Source of the DNA: Guillardia theta CCMP2712
Taxonomy: Eukaryota > Protista > Cryptophyta
Length of the DNA: 64,000 bases
Reading direction: 5' to 3'
Assembly: GCF_000315625.1 (NCBI RefSeq)
Contig: NW_005434664.1
Coordinates: 229,236 to 293,235, forward strand
Part shown: positions 50,258-64,000 of the stretch, one piece after another
How positions within the stretch are numbered: position 1 is the first letter of the stretch
Layout: each line of letters opens with the position of its first letter
Program-made: the position numbers and the translations under genes
Notes under the pieces: model-generated
Database searches by the model: none
What the model was told of the DNA's origin: nothing
Seen by the model: the letters and a program-made list of their open reading frames with translations, nothing else

Positions 50258-53200
50258 AGGACCTGGCATCCCCGGGACTTTACTCAAACTTGAAAGGTCA
50301 CCGCCGTACGCCACTCAGGGCGCCGGAATCACTGTCAGGAGAGTCGAGGACGCCGAGCGATCCGCCAGCCACCACAGAAAGCGCAACGCATCGTCCTGCA
50401 AGAGGCCGCGCCATCAGTCACGCGGCTGGCGATGCCATGATGACCGCGAAGAAAGGCCGCCTTTGGCGGGACGTGCTGAGCATATGCATTACGATGCCCT
50501 CGGACTCCCGGATCTTCCGCTGTGCTGCTGCTTGCAGCCTGTTTCAAAGCCGTTTGCTCCCGGACGGTCCGAGCGACTCGAGGTCCGGTATTCCATGAAC
50601 TGCCTGATTGGCAAGTTGGCGGCCGGGCGAACGGGCAACGGTCACGGCCGCCGCCGCCGGGCCCGACTCTCATGATACGGCCGGCACCGCCGGTAAGGCT
50701 AGCAGGGGTCATATTCAGAGGGAAAAAACGGGTGGTGATTTTTACAACCGTCTGAACTGCCATGATTGACTGGGCGGAACTTTGGACAATGGCCGGGTCA
50801 GGGTCAGCAACGGTTCCGATCACGGTACCGTACGGCAGTACCCCTCCAGTCCCCATCAAGTTCAAGTTCCCACAGATGGTGCCGGTCGCGGCGGCTGACT
50901 CAGTCACACGGTGCGGTAACACTACTGTGTAAAATTGAAATGGCGCTGGTTCAAGTTGTCGATTAAACAGCCGCAAAACCTGGCGGTGCAAGGGGTTACA
51001 TAGATAGGTCCTTAGCGTTGCGTTGCGTCTCATCTTAAAACACTTATACGACCCCCTCCAGTCATGATGGGCCTTTATAAAATGAAAGCCGATACTATGA
51101 TCATACTTTTAAAGCCTTCCTTGCGGCCCACTGGGTCCATGGTCAACAAATCTTCCCATTGAAGACAAATAAAATCTAGCACCCTCTCCTATTCATCTGC
51201 CGCTGCTAACTTTCACCCTGTACCGTGAATTCAGCAGTACGAGCAAACACGCTCGCAGTAGCAATTTAAATTTGATGTATGATTAAAACAGTTCTGAACA
51301 CCTGAATTGGCCTCACTACCGGCCTATAGAGGTGTACCAGTAATGCGGCCTTTCAGTATGACTGCTCCTTCGCCTCCCACAAGTAATTGCTAGAAGTGTT
51401 GTAAAGTTGTACCGAGGGTAAGTATCTCCATATCAATCTCAGTGTACTCGGAACGCTGCAGGGATGCGGCTACTCATTTATAACAATTATACCATGAACA
51501 AACGTCCCCAACTACCCCCTACTTTCTCCCTGCCCCCACGTCCGACCGTCTCCCTCCGTCTTCTTCAGACGACATGACGAGCAAACCCACATAGTTACTC
51601 TCCTTGCTTTAAGATATTAGGGTATCAAATAGGAAATCGTTTACCTTGCCCCCCAAACGTATCTTTTCGCCGCACCTTGGCACTACGTTGCTGTTACGTC
51701 CAATGGTGAGAACCCGTACCCCCTCACCTTGCTCGAATTGCTTTATCTGCCCCAACAACGGGCTTCATCTAACCACCCACCACCCTTTTCCTCATCTTAG
51801 TACCGGTCCGATAGAGCACTCTCAATTCCAACTCATGTAGGTGCTCTGCAGTGCCGTGTGTCCCAACACACCACCCCTACCCCCCTTTTTCTGGTCGAAG
51901 GGTCGTATCTGACCCTGGGAGATCAGTATCTCCCCACTGCCCCTAATGTTGCCTTGACAAGCAAAATGTATAACCTAAAATAGCATTCGAAGGGCAGACA
52001 ATCATGCAAACAAACGACGTTTGACTCTACATCTGTTTTAAAATCTCGCACTTAAGGGCACCCTGCCGTACAAAATTGAATTAGATCGCCGTGAGATTCC
52101 ATTGGTTATCTTCGAAAGAACAACTTATCGGAGTTCTCCTACTACCCTTAAAATATTTGTTTTTAATCGTGAATCGGAGTGGGGTGGTCGCCGAGAGGCA
52201 TAATACGACCGCATCCCAGTACCCCTCCTTTCCTATGAGTTCATGGTGATGACTCTGGTAGGGTATCCAGGTCCTTGGCGACAAGGGGTACAGGCGGGGC
52301 GTAAGTAAAGAAAGATCCCTGGCGTTGTCACCACCCCTCACTCGGTGATCGAGAAGGGTAGGTGGACAATTTTGTATGGTGCAGGGGAGGGAATGGGGGG
52401 GGTGGGGGTGTGTAGTCGGTGGTTTTTAGGTAAGGTGGTTCCGTCCCTTGTTGGCCAATGCACAAACTTGTTGAAGCAATGCTGTGGGGGGGAGGGAGGA
52501 GCTAGCGGGTGGGTCAAGGTGAAGGAAGAGAGCGCCATGCTGAAAGATCTGCAAGGAGAGAAAATTCCATTAAAAGTTTCGTAGAAAAATCACGTAAATT
52601 CGATTGTGGACGCAGTCAGAGAAGTCCGGAAAGGGGACAACACGGAGCCTATTCGAGGCATTGGCTCCAAAACTCATGATGACAGAGGTAGCATATTTCA
52701 GACAGCTTGTTACAATACATCAGAAGAGATATTTAGTGGAAATATAGAGCACAGGAATATGTTTGTGTGAGCCTGAATTGCTCAAGCGAGAGATCGCAAA
52801 TCGAAACTTTTTGGGACATCAATTTATGGACTTAGAACAGACTGGATGAGATACCTGGAGCGGGTAGATTTAAAGATTACTGTCAATCGCATTCTCGTCT
52901 TAGGTTCCCATTACCTCAAATATATATTCATTGAGCCAACTTTAGTCGTGACACTGTATGTTCTGAATGTAACTACTTGCCAACGACTTGCCAAAGACGG
53001 ACTCTGATCTACTGAATTTATAGCACGATTCAAGCTCCACAACAAGTATGCACAACCTCAAGTCTTTGAGGGAGATTTTATCTGAAAATGGTTTGCTTCT
53101 ACACGTCTGTCAGGAAATGTATGACAGTTTTGCTCAGGGATGTCAAGCGGATTAGAAAGCACTGAAACGGGGATTTGTCAGATGACACCGTCTCTGATGA

Positions 53201-53371
53201 ATAATAAGACTGTGTCCTCTATGTCTCTATTGCACAATAGCTACATTCTGACGGGAGACAGCATGGTATGTCCAGCGAATATCTGATGTTGGGTTCTGAA
53301 GTGTTTCAAAACAGACTTCGGACCATGAGAAGAATTTCTGGTTGCAACGGCAGGCTGCTACAAGTCGACCA

Positions 53372-54596
53372 ATGGATGTTAACATGGATTCATTCGAAAA
53401 ATCGTCGCATGAAATGGACTTGACAGCAGATACTTTCTTGCAACAAGCTGCTTACATCAACGTGCTAGCGCAGAACCCTATCCTCGTGCCAGGTATCCAT
53501 AAATGCTTCACTCGACCAGATTGGGTCACTCAGCCTGTTATAGGCGACTTCTCCCAAAGAATCGCATGGGCTGGTAACTGCGGTTTGGACAATTCAAACA
53601 AGCATTTTTTGAGTAATCCGAATCAGACCTCCTTCATGAGTGTCCTCGAACGGTAAATTGTTTCTTCCTTCACAGAGGCTTGATCGTGCTGACATTTTCC
53701 TGCCCTTCTTGTGCGAATTGTATTTACAGCAAGCTACCTGAGAATCTTCTGTCGCCTTTTGGAAGCTTACCCCCACTCTCTTCCATAATGCCCGCTAGTG
53801 TTCCCCAAATTCTGGGCAGCGCGACGATGATCGGTCAAGCACTACCTGAATCTCAAGACCCCACGGAACTCTATCATAAATACAAGGAACAGATCATGAA
53901 GCAAGAGAGCAAGATAAAGGAAGCATCGGGTTTGTGCTCTGCCTCAAGGGCTTCTCTTTGTAACACCGAAGGGTTCCAGGATCCGAGAGCTCTGAGCACG
54001 AGGATTCGGTAGTTCTCAGTGAACAGGCATCCTCCGACGATATTAGCAAGGTGAAAAGTTTTTCACTTCTCCAACGATGTTTTCTTTGACGCCAAAATAG
54101 GCTGTTGTGGCATCAGTTGGCAGGAGGAGGAGGCGCAATGCCACTGATGATGTGACTATCTTCCCACGCAGAAAGGCAGGGCAGGTTTGTTCGAGATTTT
54201 GATCGCTCTCCATTACCATGACCTTTGATCTGTGAACAGGACAAGCTGGGTAGAAACAGACCGCCGATTGTTATATCTCTGCCAATGTGATTTCTTGTTT
54301 GGGAAATCAAAGGGTTGTAACATTCTGATTTAGGCTACAAAGATTGTTCGACCTCCCCCAACGGGCAGCGAGCAAGAAACTTGTAAGCTTGATTTCATTG
54401 CTTCATCGGCACGGTGCTGACACAAGCAAAGGGCATATGCACCACAGTAATGAAGAAAGTTTGCCGAAGATTGGGAGTTTGCAAGTAAGTGCAAGTCTGA
54501 GGGTCCAGATTTTTTTTTCGTGACTTTGATTTTAGGTGGCCGTATAAGGAGAGCAAAGCCAGGAAACTGTCTTCCGCTGTTACTTCGTCTGATTGA
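53372..54596 (+). CDS. RWP-RK domain transcription factor (multi-exon; 5' exons may start near 52677)
   Basis: Splicing four small exons in 54255-54596 gives PPIVISLPMLQRLFDLPQRAASKKLGICTTVMKKVCRRLGVCKWPYKE. A short coiled coil lies upstream (YKEQIMKQESKIKE). Confidence 0.85.
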
Positions 54597-54944
54597 AGAG
54601 CGGACGGCCTTTTGCCTCTTTCTCTATGTCCTCAATATCGGGACTGTGATTTAACAGCTGTCTATATATTATTTTGAAAATTAGATCTGTTTTGTGTTGT
54701 ATAGCTAGTGTGAAAATCGTAAGCCAAATAGGGATGAAGATATAAATATTATGGCATTTCCCCTGTACGTACTCCCAAAGAATCAATCAAAATTTTACTC
54801 TTTCTAAACATCACAGAGGTCCTGGTAGGCTGACTGAAATATCAAGATCTCGATTGCTCGGAGATCTGCGATAAGCTTTACAACCATTCACAAAAAATAG
54901 GAGAAGCCAACTTGTTCGATAGCCCGTGCGATCGCCACATGTAG

Positions 54945-56614
54945 ATGGCAGCCGATCCCCCAAGCACAAACCCCATGATGATATCTTCAAAACTGAGGGG
55001 AGGGAGGAGGAAACATACATCAGATCTCGTGTCAAAACACTTGGAGTGAAAGCTGACCGGTGATGGTACGTTATCGTCCGAGCAATGCCAATCAAGAATG
55101 CAACTAATGGAGGAGCTAGAACCTTTCAGTAGACGTGAGTGCTTTACAAGCGTGTCAGTAGCTACCATGAGCCGAAAGAGCGAAGACAAGGCTGCCGTAG
55201 AGGACATGGAATGGAATTCGCAGTGGAGAAACTGGGACAGGAAGACCAGGCCTGCAGCTGCACTGACGTCATCTTCACTGTGGAGGATGATCTCAACAAA
55301 CCGCTCGAGGAAGCATGTCCGGATGGGAAGGATTGTCTGAGAACAAGAGAAGGCAAAAGAACGTCAAGTAAGAAATCGGGTTCGAAAGAGGGTGCAGAAT
55401 GCTGGGCAGGGCAGGGCAGGGCAAGGAAGCAAAAGGAGAGGAGAATGGAGGGCGGGAGCGGAATAGGAGAGCAAGAAATAAGCTCTTTACAGACCTCGAA
55501 TCTCGAATTTCCGCTGGGGTCGAATGACACTTGACGCCATCCCACTGGCACATAGCTGCAGCTGGTGAGATCCAAGGATACAGGAGGATAAGGAGCAGGA
55601 GCAGGAGCAGGGATACCGATGAAGCAAGGGCGAAGGGACCCTGCGACCTTCTTCCCAACAACCTGCACAAGGAGTATGAGGATATGCTAAGAGGCCAGTT
55701 GCCAGCTTACAACAAACAGGAACGTTGCTGCTGCTGTCTCGCAGAATGCAAGGAAGACAGTGATGCTTCGCTTTGTTTTGCTCTTCTTCAGCCAAGAGAC
55801 CTGGCTGCAGAGTGAGGCGGAAGGACGCAACAAGGCCATGTCGACTTGCCGTCAGAATGACCAAGGAAGGGATCACCCATGAAACAATGACAAGGTCGGT
55901 ATCGGTAACGATTGACGGTTTTACCTGCAACTTGCTCAGGAGAACAAGGAGGGCACGCTGTTGCTGACTGGAAAACTTATGCTGGGCCCGTTCTTGTAGT
56001 CGGTGACATTTCGTTGGTAACTGCCAAGACAAGGGCAGTCCCGTCAGCTGCTCTTGAGACACTCTTCAAAGAACATGACGCACGGGTCGATGTAGGTGTC
56101 TGCCATCTGAGCGACGATGATGAGGAGCAAGGGGGGTAGGAAAGAGAGCACAAACGTGGTGAAACTGATACAGAACGCTTCAGCGGGAGCGTGGAGAGTG
56201 GGTGGGAGCGTGGAAGGGAAACGTACTTCGAGCACCTTCGATCCCGCTCAGCCAGATATCCTATCCTGTCTTCGAAGTGCTCGTACTCTGAAACAAGCAG
56301 CGGATCACATACAGGTAAAAAGGAGGAATCCAGCAAAGTCAAGCATTGACAAGAGCAGCAAGTCGAAGGGATCATCTTGTGCCTCGAGAGGACCTTCCCG
56401 AGTATTTACAAGCATTATGAAGACGAGAAAGGCGGGGAGAGTACAGGAGGAGGAGGAGGCAAGGAGTTTGCGATGGCGGGGCAAGGAAGGGAACATGCTG
56501 GTGAGCATGCTTGTCTATCTGGAGAGAATGCACAGCAGACGCGTGCGGCCGACAAGGGAGGTACACGAAGAGAGTGCATGGCCCTGCATCAGGACGTGGA
56601 TTTTTGGCCTCTAA
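54945..56614 (+). CDS. Multi-exon hypothetical protein
   Basis: Chain of plus-strand ORFs with coding-like composition separated by intron-like segments. No motif recognised. Confidence 0.35.
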
Positions 56615-57187
56615 TCACCTGCCATAGCGCTGTAGAGCTCCTCCTTCCCACGTCTCCCCTCCTGCCCCTGTTCTCAAGACTGCTTCGCCTTGAACCCCTC
56701 TGCGGCAGTAGCTTCTTAAATCTAAAATACACTTGATGCCCTAAGTAATAGATTATTGATCTTCTGGAGCGGACTCGTGAATCTTATGTTTCCTGTGAGT
56801 GACGCGGCCGGGCCCGCATGCCTGCCTCCGGCCCGGGTTCGAGTTCAGTGCCTTTGGTAACGGTCACCGTTTCTCAGAATAACGGCCAACCGTCCAACCG
56901 TTTTGGAGAGGGGGTTGATGATAGGTGGGGTGGGTGAAAGAATGGGGTGGTGCAGTATGGTTCATGGGGGGGTGCGATTTCATGCCATGTAGTTCAGAGG
57001 CAAGAGGTCGGAGGTAGCAGCTTTTTAATTATAGTTAAACTTAGCAAATCATCTTTCTTTAGAGGGTTTCTAAAGTAGCACCCCTTTGCCATTGCTCAGC
57101 AGGGTAGCCTTCGAGTAGGGTAGGGTACTTCTAGCAAAAGTTTGTGTTTCTTTTTTGATTTTTTTCCCGCCTTCCGCTGGGCTGCCA

Positions 57188-60100
57188 TGAAACGCATCGC
57201 AGACAGCGACAATATGCCGCTGAGAGGCGGGAGAGAGCATGCCATACGATTGTTGTGAAGATGCTCCTTATATGGTAGAAGGAGGATCGCGAGATAGTCT
57301 AGATAGATTCATTCGTGTGAGGCAGAGTCGTCGAGGATCAGAGCTAGTTAGCAACATATTTCGCATTAGACTGGGGGAAACCCCATGTTCAGAAGAATTT
57401 CTTGATTTGTGTATTGGACTCTTGCAACTGAATGTATGGTGGAGATGTACGGTGATCTTGAATTAGAGGAATCATCCTTGCAACTTGTTTCTTCCTGATC
57501 TTGGAGCAGATGGGTGCCGGTGCATCGTCGTCAAGAATAGAGCAGCTTCAGAGACAAATCGCCATGGAAGCCGCGAAACGCAAAGTAAGCAATTTTTTTC
57601 ATCCTGTCGATTGCATGCGGTGTTAACATGGACATCTTCAGAAGGAGGATCAGCTGATGCTTGAAGATCCAGAAGTCGTCAACGTCTTGAAAGATCAAGT
57701 GCAGCAATGCCTTTTCCAAGTTCGGAAGCTCAATTCCCTTCTTTCATCGGGAGAATGCAAGCCCGACAGTCCAGAATTGAAGGTGCCCTCTTTACACTCT
57801 TGATCTTGTCTTTTCTTCTTCGTGTTTTCAACTTATCCCCTGTGCCTTCTTGTCAAACGTTCGAACAGAATTTGATTGTAGAAATTGCAGCAAGGTGTTG
57901 AAGAATTGAGAAAAATATTGAGTGCACCATCACCCAAGAAGAAAGCAGAGCCTTCGTCAGAGTCTCCTTTAAATGGCAATGAGGTGAAATCGACAGAAGA
58001 AGCTCCGGCGATCGGGCAAGGAAGAACAGAACCCCGTGACCCTGGAGCCAAACAAGATGTCTCTCAGAACCCAGATGAGTCAAAAATTAAGGAGGATGTG
58101 CCGGAAAGCCAGGGAGAAATTTCTACGATAAATGAAGGTACCAGGTGTGTTCTAACAATGAGATACTGAATTCGCAGACTCAGGTAAAACTGGGACGGAA
58201 TCGAATGTTGCAGCAGCTGCATCAACAACAAAAGTGACAGAGAGCACTGACCAAACCTCTGATGCTTTACCTGTTCCTGAACAAGAGCACCCTAAGACGC
58301 AAGGGGATTCTCCTCCATCTGTTAAGGAAGGCTCAACCAATCAACAAGCAGAGGCACTCTCCTCGCCTCAGGTGGCCCAAGCTTCGACGCCTGCTGCTGA
58401 GCAGGTGATTGAGACAGTGGCAGAGGATGAATCTGCTCCTGTTGCTGAGCAACGGGAGTTTTCATCGGAAGGTGTCTCGCGTTCTGCTGATGAAATAGTA
58501 TCCGTCACAGCTGATCCGCTTCCAAACGATGAACAGGGGGGTGCATTTGAGAATCACACGAGTGAGTTAGTTTCAGTTGGTGATATTCAGAAGCAGAAGG
58601 CAACGCCTGGATCAGCAGACGCTACGGCTGAAACACAACCCACTGCTACCACGATTGAGGCAATAGGATCTACAGCAGTTGACGAGAAAAAACCTCTAGA
58701 AGTCCAAGAACCTTCTGCAGCATTAAATGAGCAACAGTCTCCAGCTGTAGTAGGAGATCGAGAGAATGCAGCGTTATTGGCCGGAAACGAACAAAAAGCA
58801 TTGAATGAAGGTGACTCTGCCGCATCCACAGTAACCGACGCGACCGGTCAGGAAGCTCGTATAGCAACAGAGGAGAAGGAATCAAAACCAGATAATTCAG
58901 AGGAATCCGTGATATTGGAGCATGTGCAATACGCTGCGGAAGATACAGCAGCTCAGGACAAGGCTCAGACGCAGGCACCAGCCGAGGACAAGGCAGCGGC
59001 GGGTACAGTAGCTGTGGAAAAGGCAGCAACGGAGACTGCAGCAGCGGAGGAGAATGCTCCAGTAGAGGCAACGGCCGATGAGAAGGCGGCAGTAGAGGCA
59101 GCAGCAGCGGAGGAGAAGGCTCCAACGGACGCGGCAGCAGCGGAGGAGAAGGCTCCAGTAGAGGCAGCACCCAATCCGGCGGACGCAGCGATCGAGGACA
59201 AGGCGGCAGTAGAGGCAGCGGCAGCAGTCGAAGAGAAGGCTCCATCAGAGGCAACAGCAGTCGAGGAGGAGGCTCCGGCGGACGCGGCAGCAGTCGAGGA
59301 GAAGGCTCCGGCGGAGGCAGCAGCCGAGGAGAAGGCTCCAGCAGAGGCAGCAGCAGTCGAGGAGGAGGCTCCGGCGGACGAAGCAGTAGAGGAGGCCGCA
59401 GCTGAAGCGGCAGCAGCGGAGGAGAAGGCTCCGACAGAGGCAGCAGCAGCACCCACTCCGGCGGATGCAGCGGTCGAGGACAAGGCGGCAGTTGAGGCAG
59501 CGGCAGCGGAGGAGAAGGCTCCGGCGGAGGCAGCAGCAATCGAGGAGAAGGCTCCAGTAGAGGCAACAGCAGTCGAGGAGGAGGCTCCGGCGGACGCGGC
59601 AGCAGCCGAGGAGAAGGCTCCAGTAGAGGTTCCAGTAGAGGCAGCGGCAGCAGAGGAGAAGGCTCCGGCGGAGGCAGCAGCAGCTGAGGAGGAGGCTCCA
59701 GTAGAGGCAGCAGCAGTAGAGGAGGCAGCAGCGGACGCGACAGCAGCGGAGGAGAAGGCTCCGACAGAGGCAGCAGCAGCGGAGAACACTCTGGCGGACG
59801 CAGCGGTCGAGGACAAGGCGGCAGTTGAGGCAGCGGCAGCGGAGGAGAAGGCTCCGGCGGAGGCAGCAGCAATCGAGGAGAACACTCCGGCGGAGGCAGC
59901 AGCAGAAGCAGAGGAGAAGGCTCAATTAGAGGCAGCAGCGGAGGAGAAGGCTCCGACAGAGGCAGCAGTGCAGGATAAGGCTCCGGCGGACGCGGCAGCA
60001 GCTGAGGAGAAGGCTCCAGTAGAGGAGGCAGCAGCGGAGGACAAGGCACCTGGTCATGCAATTGAATCTGTGGAGAAATCTGAAGAGCAAGCATTGGCAG

Positions 60101-60714
60101 CATCCGCTTCTGAGGAGCAGGTATTGGGAGGGGCTGTTGCCAGGGAAGCAGAAACAGCAGCAACTGACGTCTCTGAGCCGGTTGAACAAGGCTCAGGAGA
60201 AAAGGCTGAGGTGACGGGATCTGCTGCAACTGATGATCAGGGTGAGGCGACGGCATCATCAACCTCTGAAGAGCAGAAAGCTCCTCCTTCAGATTCTGTG
60301 GGGCAGCCAAAGGGAATGTCATCTCCAGAAGCAGAGCAGCAGATGCCGGCTGGAGATGAAACCAAGGAGCAAGCGCCGCCATCACTCACTCAGGAGCATC
60401 GAGCACCGTCAGCGACAGCAGCAGAAGAGGGTCAGACTCTAAACGAGCAACCGACCGAAGTGCCTCAGGCGTCAGCAACAGGTACAGAAGAGACGAGAGC
60501 AGCAGAAGGAGCCAGTGAAGAGAAGCTGACATCTTCGGTATCAGAAGAGCAGCAAGCGTCGGTGCCCTCAGCCGATGGTGAGCAGGCAGCGGCCGCAACA
60601 GCTGCAACGGACCATTCTTGTGAGCAGTCAGCTTCCGTGCCGGAGCAAGCCGAAGAGAAATCATCTACAAATCCTGCGATGATTGCTGAGCTGGTATCTG
60701 CTTCAGCGAAATAG
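57188..60714 (+). CDS. Large acidic Ala/Glu-rich tandem-repeat protein (several small 5' exons and a long last exon)
   Basis: 826-aa ORF 58234..60714 with many AAAEEKAP(A/V/T)E units at ~58980-60050. Upstream ORF 57885..58169 is joined by an intron at ~58138-58177. The start is uncertain. Confidence 0.75.
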
Positions 60715-60949
60715 ACCATCTTTTCTCTTGAAGTGCAAGCATTATCAGATGCAAAGAGCTGGAAGCAAGTTTGCTGGTTTTTGACATGCGTAGTACATAG
60801 ACGAGCATGGAAAACAGACTGGTGAATCTGTGAGTTGATAGATTTTGCATCAGCTGAAGTCTAGATGAGAGGGACGAGGGATCTGTTGTTTTGTATTCAT
60901 TATCTCTGCATTCATTATCTCTGCATCGGGGACTCCAAGACGGCCTTAG

Positions 60950-62405
60950 GTCGAAGATTACTTTAGAATTTCATCTGCTAGAGCAGATAGTTAAAACTCA
61001 GTTAATGAGTAGTATTTATCTTCTTTCATTTGGTAAACGCCCTGAAGGCGATTTCTTCAAGTCAGCAATCTAGGGCTAGTTGTAAGAGTGATTGATTGCA
61101 CTGGACTCAAGAAACGAAAGGAGATCAGTCGACACATTCATTTCTTCCAAGCATAATCCGCAAACAACAACAATGCCATGCTTAACATGAAAATATATAG
61201 AAACGTTGGTTTCAGATTTGTCCCATTATTGCAGTTGTTGGCAAAACAGCACGTAACGCTCCTGTGCCGTATGACAAATATCACCATTCTACTTGGCAGG
61301 TCGAAACGGTTTTTCACCTGTAGGCATAATTGTTTGTTGGAGGCACGTATGTTGTGTACTGCAATGATTGTACATCAGGTCATCCAAGCAGAAATTCATG
61401 GTGATACGGACTTTTTTGAGCAGAGAAGTCTCAACTTGATCTTCGGACGTGAGCTCATCTACGATCTGACACAAGCATCTCAGCATAGGCTACGTAGAAC
61501 GAGTCTATCGTCTTACATTCTTCATGATCTGACACGTTTCGAACCGGAAGCCTGAAACTTGATGTTAGAGCCATTGCAAAGGATTGACGTCAAGTCATGA
61601 TACATCCGTACGAGCAAACTGCTGTCGCTGGGAGACCGCTGATCATCAGATACTCTGACTGGTGCAAAGCGCAAGATACCTTGATTCGGGCCTTCGCAGC
61701 TCTTCCCGCACACGGGGGTGTTTGAGATTACCAGCTTGCAGCATGTCAGGCTCGCTGATCAGATCCGATGTTTCACTCACATCGTCAATGTTGGAGGTCT
61801 TGTAGGTGTTCTCCTGGAGGCCACAACCATCAGTTGTGAACGCAGTGGTTGCCTTGCAGCAATCATGGGAATATCACAAGGGCCTGAGTTGAAAGCAGTG
61901 CACTGGTGCAGTCCACTGTCGTTGTGAGCACTGCAAACTGACTGTCAGGAGACGACACAAACATCAAAAACGAGGACATACTTTGACTTGCAGTGATACG
62001 ATCGGCAGAGTAGCATGTCAGGCAACTTACTCCACCTGTACAACTATCAAGGATCGACATGACTCGCAACACACAGTCACCAGCAAGGAGAACGGCCAAG
62101 TACAGGTAGACGGTTATTTCGAAGGATTTCATTTGTGTCGTGGAAAGGTCAAGTTGGAGAATTGAGGAATGAATAAAGACGAAAGAAGACAACAGTAAAG
62201 TTCAGTACAAACAGAATGATCGCAACAGGTCACAATGGTGACTCAATCGCGCGGTTTCGTAGAAGGGACCCGATGCCAGAACAATACGGTGTAACGAGTC
62301 AGATTCTACCGGGCTGGGGAAGAGAGGTTTGTTGCAAGGGCTGGACGGTTCAGCAAGGTCCAGAGGGTCTCCAGGAGGAGGAGCGGGAGCCAACACGGTG
62401 GTCAC
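60950..62405 (-). CDS. Multi-exon hypothetical protein
   Basis: Several minus-strand ORFs (62202, 61863, 61522, 61289) with donor-like sites between them. No motif recognised. Confidence 0.3.
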
Positions 62406-62801
62406 TGAGCCTGAGAACTTGAAGGAGCGAGGGCCCGGAGTAGGCGGTGAGTGGGGAGGAGGAGCCAGGAGGGAGGAGCTGAGAGAGGGGAGGAGAGAGG
62501 AGGGAGGAGCTAGGAGAGGGGAGGAGAGAGGGGAGGAGGAGAGGAGGGCAGAGCTAGGAGAGGGGTAGGAGAGAGGGGAGGAGAGAGGGGACGCAATCGT
62601 ACCATCGTCCGAGGCTGATCACCGAGGACAGCGGGAGGATAGCGCTGGGAGGACTTCGAAGAGGGGAGGAGAGAGCCAGGGGGGGGACGAACGAAAGCAT
62701 TGCGCAGAGTTTTTTGACCGCACCTCTTGAAAGGACAAAAAAAAACAAAATGTAATGTTGTAAAAGTTACTTTTTTTATTGTTTTTTTGATCCCCCTAGC
62801 C

Positions 62802-64000
62802 ATGGTGGAAACAACCCAGGCCCACCTCCTCTGCCGCCGCCGCCATCTCCATCCCCCCCTCCTCTTCTTCCCTCGCCATCCTTCTGCCCTCCTCCTTCTC
62901 TCTCTCCTCCTCCTCTCCATCATCAGACTCAGCGACACAAGCTGCACTCCCAGGTTGGCGATCCGCATGCTCGTAGAAGTGCTACCTGAAACGAGCCTGA
63001 CTTGATTGATCAGCAGAGGTTTCCTTAGGATCAGGGGGGGGGCAAGCTCTATGGAAGTACGCAGGAATGGCTCCTCCATGCTGCTGGTACTCAGAGAGCG
63101 CATTGCAGGACATGCAGGGCTGGTCGGGCGTTCAATCAGGATTCGAATCTCCTATGAAGCCGATGGTGATGGTCCTCGAGACCCCATGCAGGAGCCACGT
63201 GTCCTACTTCGGCTTCATGTTCGAAGTGAGCGCAAGGTCTGGCGGAGAGATGGAAAGGAGAGATGAATTGTTCTCATGGGGATTTGGCCCAGGAAGCAAA
63301 CGATACACATCACAGACCTTCAAATGGCTTCTTCCACCATCCTCCCAGGACCCTTCTTGTATGATCTCCATCATGGCTGCTTCTGACAGTTGTCTCTTTG
63401 CTGTATATGGTCCTTTCTAGCTGTCTCTGTGCTTCACTGGTTGCCCTCCTCTATTTCAATGCTTGTTGTTTCACCTTGTGATCCTATCTGACAATCTTTC
63501 TGATGTCCTTGCTTGTCTAAGTTTGATGCTGCAGATACAGAGTGTACGTTACAAAGAACGCATGCGGTGAGAGCGTGGACGATGCAGAATATGAAGATGG
63601 GATTCGCGGTGTCCTCAACGAGAAGGATGCCTGGAAGAAAGTCTCAGAGGTGAAGGACTGTTGGAAAGTTTTCGGTCTGCTCTGATGTTGCGTTAGGTTC
63701 AAACTTCTTTGCCGTGAGCATGCACAGCATGTGAAGCGCACGACGATGACGAGGGAGAGGCAGGTCGAAGCTGAAGGAGTACGCGAGCTTGAAGCTGTCG
63801 CACCCGATCATCTGCCATCCTGGTCAACTCGTCGGTGAGCACGCCTGTTGTGCTTGGAAGAGTGACAAAGTTTGGAGAAGGTTTGACCTGGGAGGGAGGG
63901 AGGGAGGGAGGGAGGAGGCAGGGAGGGAGGGAGGGGGAGGGAGGGAGGGAGGGAGGGAGGGAGGGAGGGAGGGAAAGAGGGAGGGAGGGAGGGAGGGAGG
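62802..64000 (+). CDS. 5' part of a multi-exon hypothetical gene running off the window
   Basis: gccATGG at 62802, plus-strand donors at ~63226, 63650 and 63835, and a final (GAGG)n intron tract. Confidence 0.4.

Noticed and set aside
58670-60385. Long antisense Leu/Pro-, Ala/Ser- and Cys-rich ORFs
   Set aside because: Reverse-frame read-outs of the Ala/Glu repeat.

Overview
Eukaryotic nuclear scaffold from an intron-rich alga with a secondary red plastid. It is most likely a cryptophyte such as Guillardia theta; this is an inference from the AAA-FAP bipartite plastid presequence on EF-G, the short or microsatellite-filled GT-AG introns and the three N gaps. Recognisable genes: a PARN/CAF1 deadenylase, an SGNH hydrolase, a DoxX-like membrane protein, an XPA-like zinc finger fused to a class II photolyase-like domain, a giant PHD+OTU deubiquitinase, plastid EF-G, a small double-PAH (Sin3-like) protein, a membrane-anchored thioredoxin, a histidine-phosphatase (PGM-like) protein, an RWP-RK factor and an Ala/Glu-repeat protein. 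The most unusual region is 5.5-19.7 kb. It holds a cluster of about 11 copies or fragments of one unrecognised intronless ~115-aa gene family (two subfamilies, A and B), largely arranged as convergent inverted pairs. Many of the copies lie inside a ~7-kb degenerate palindrome. Family-A copies have near-identical 5' coding regions and three alternative C-terminal ends, and the cluster is mixed with Ty3/gypsy remnants and a solo LTR. Exon boundaries were read by eye, so multi-exon gene limits are approximate.
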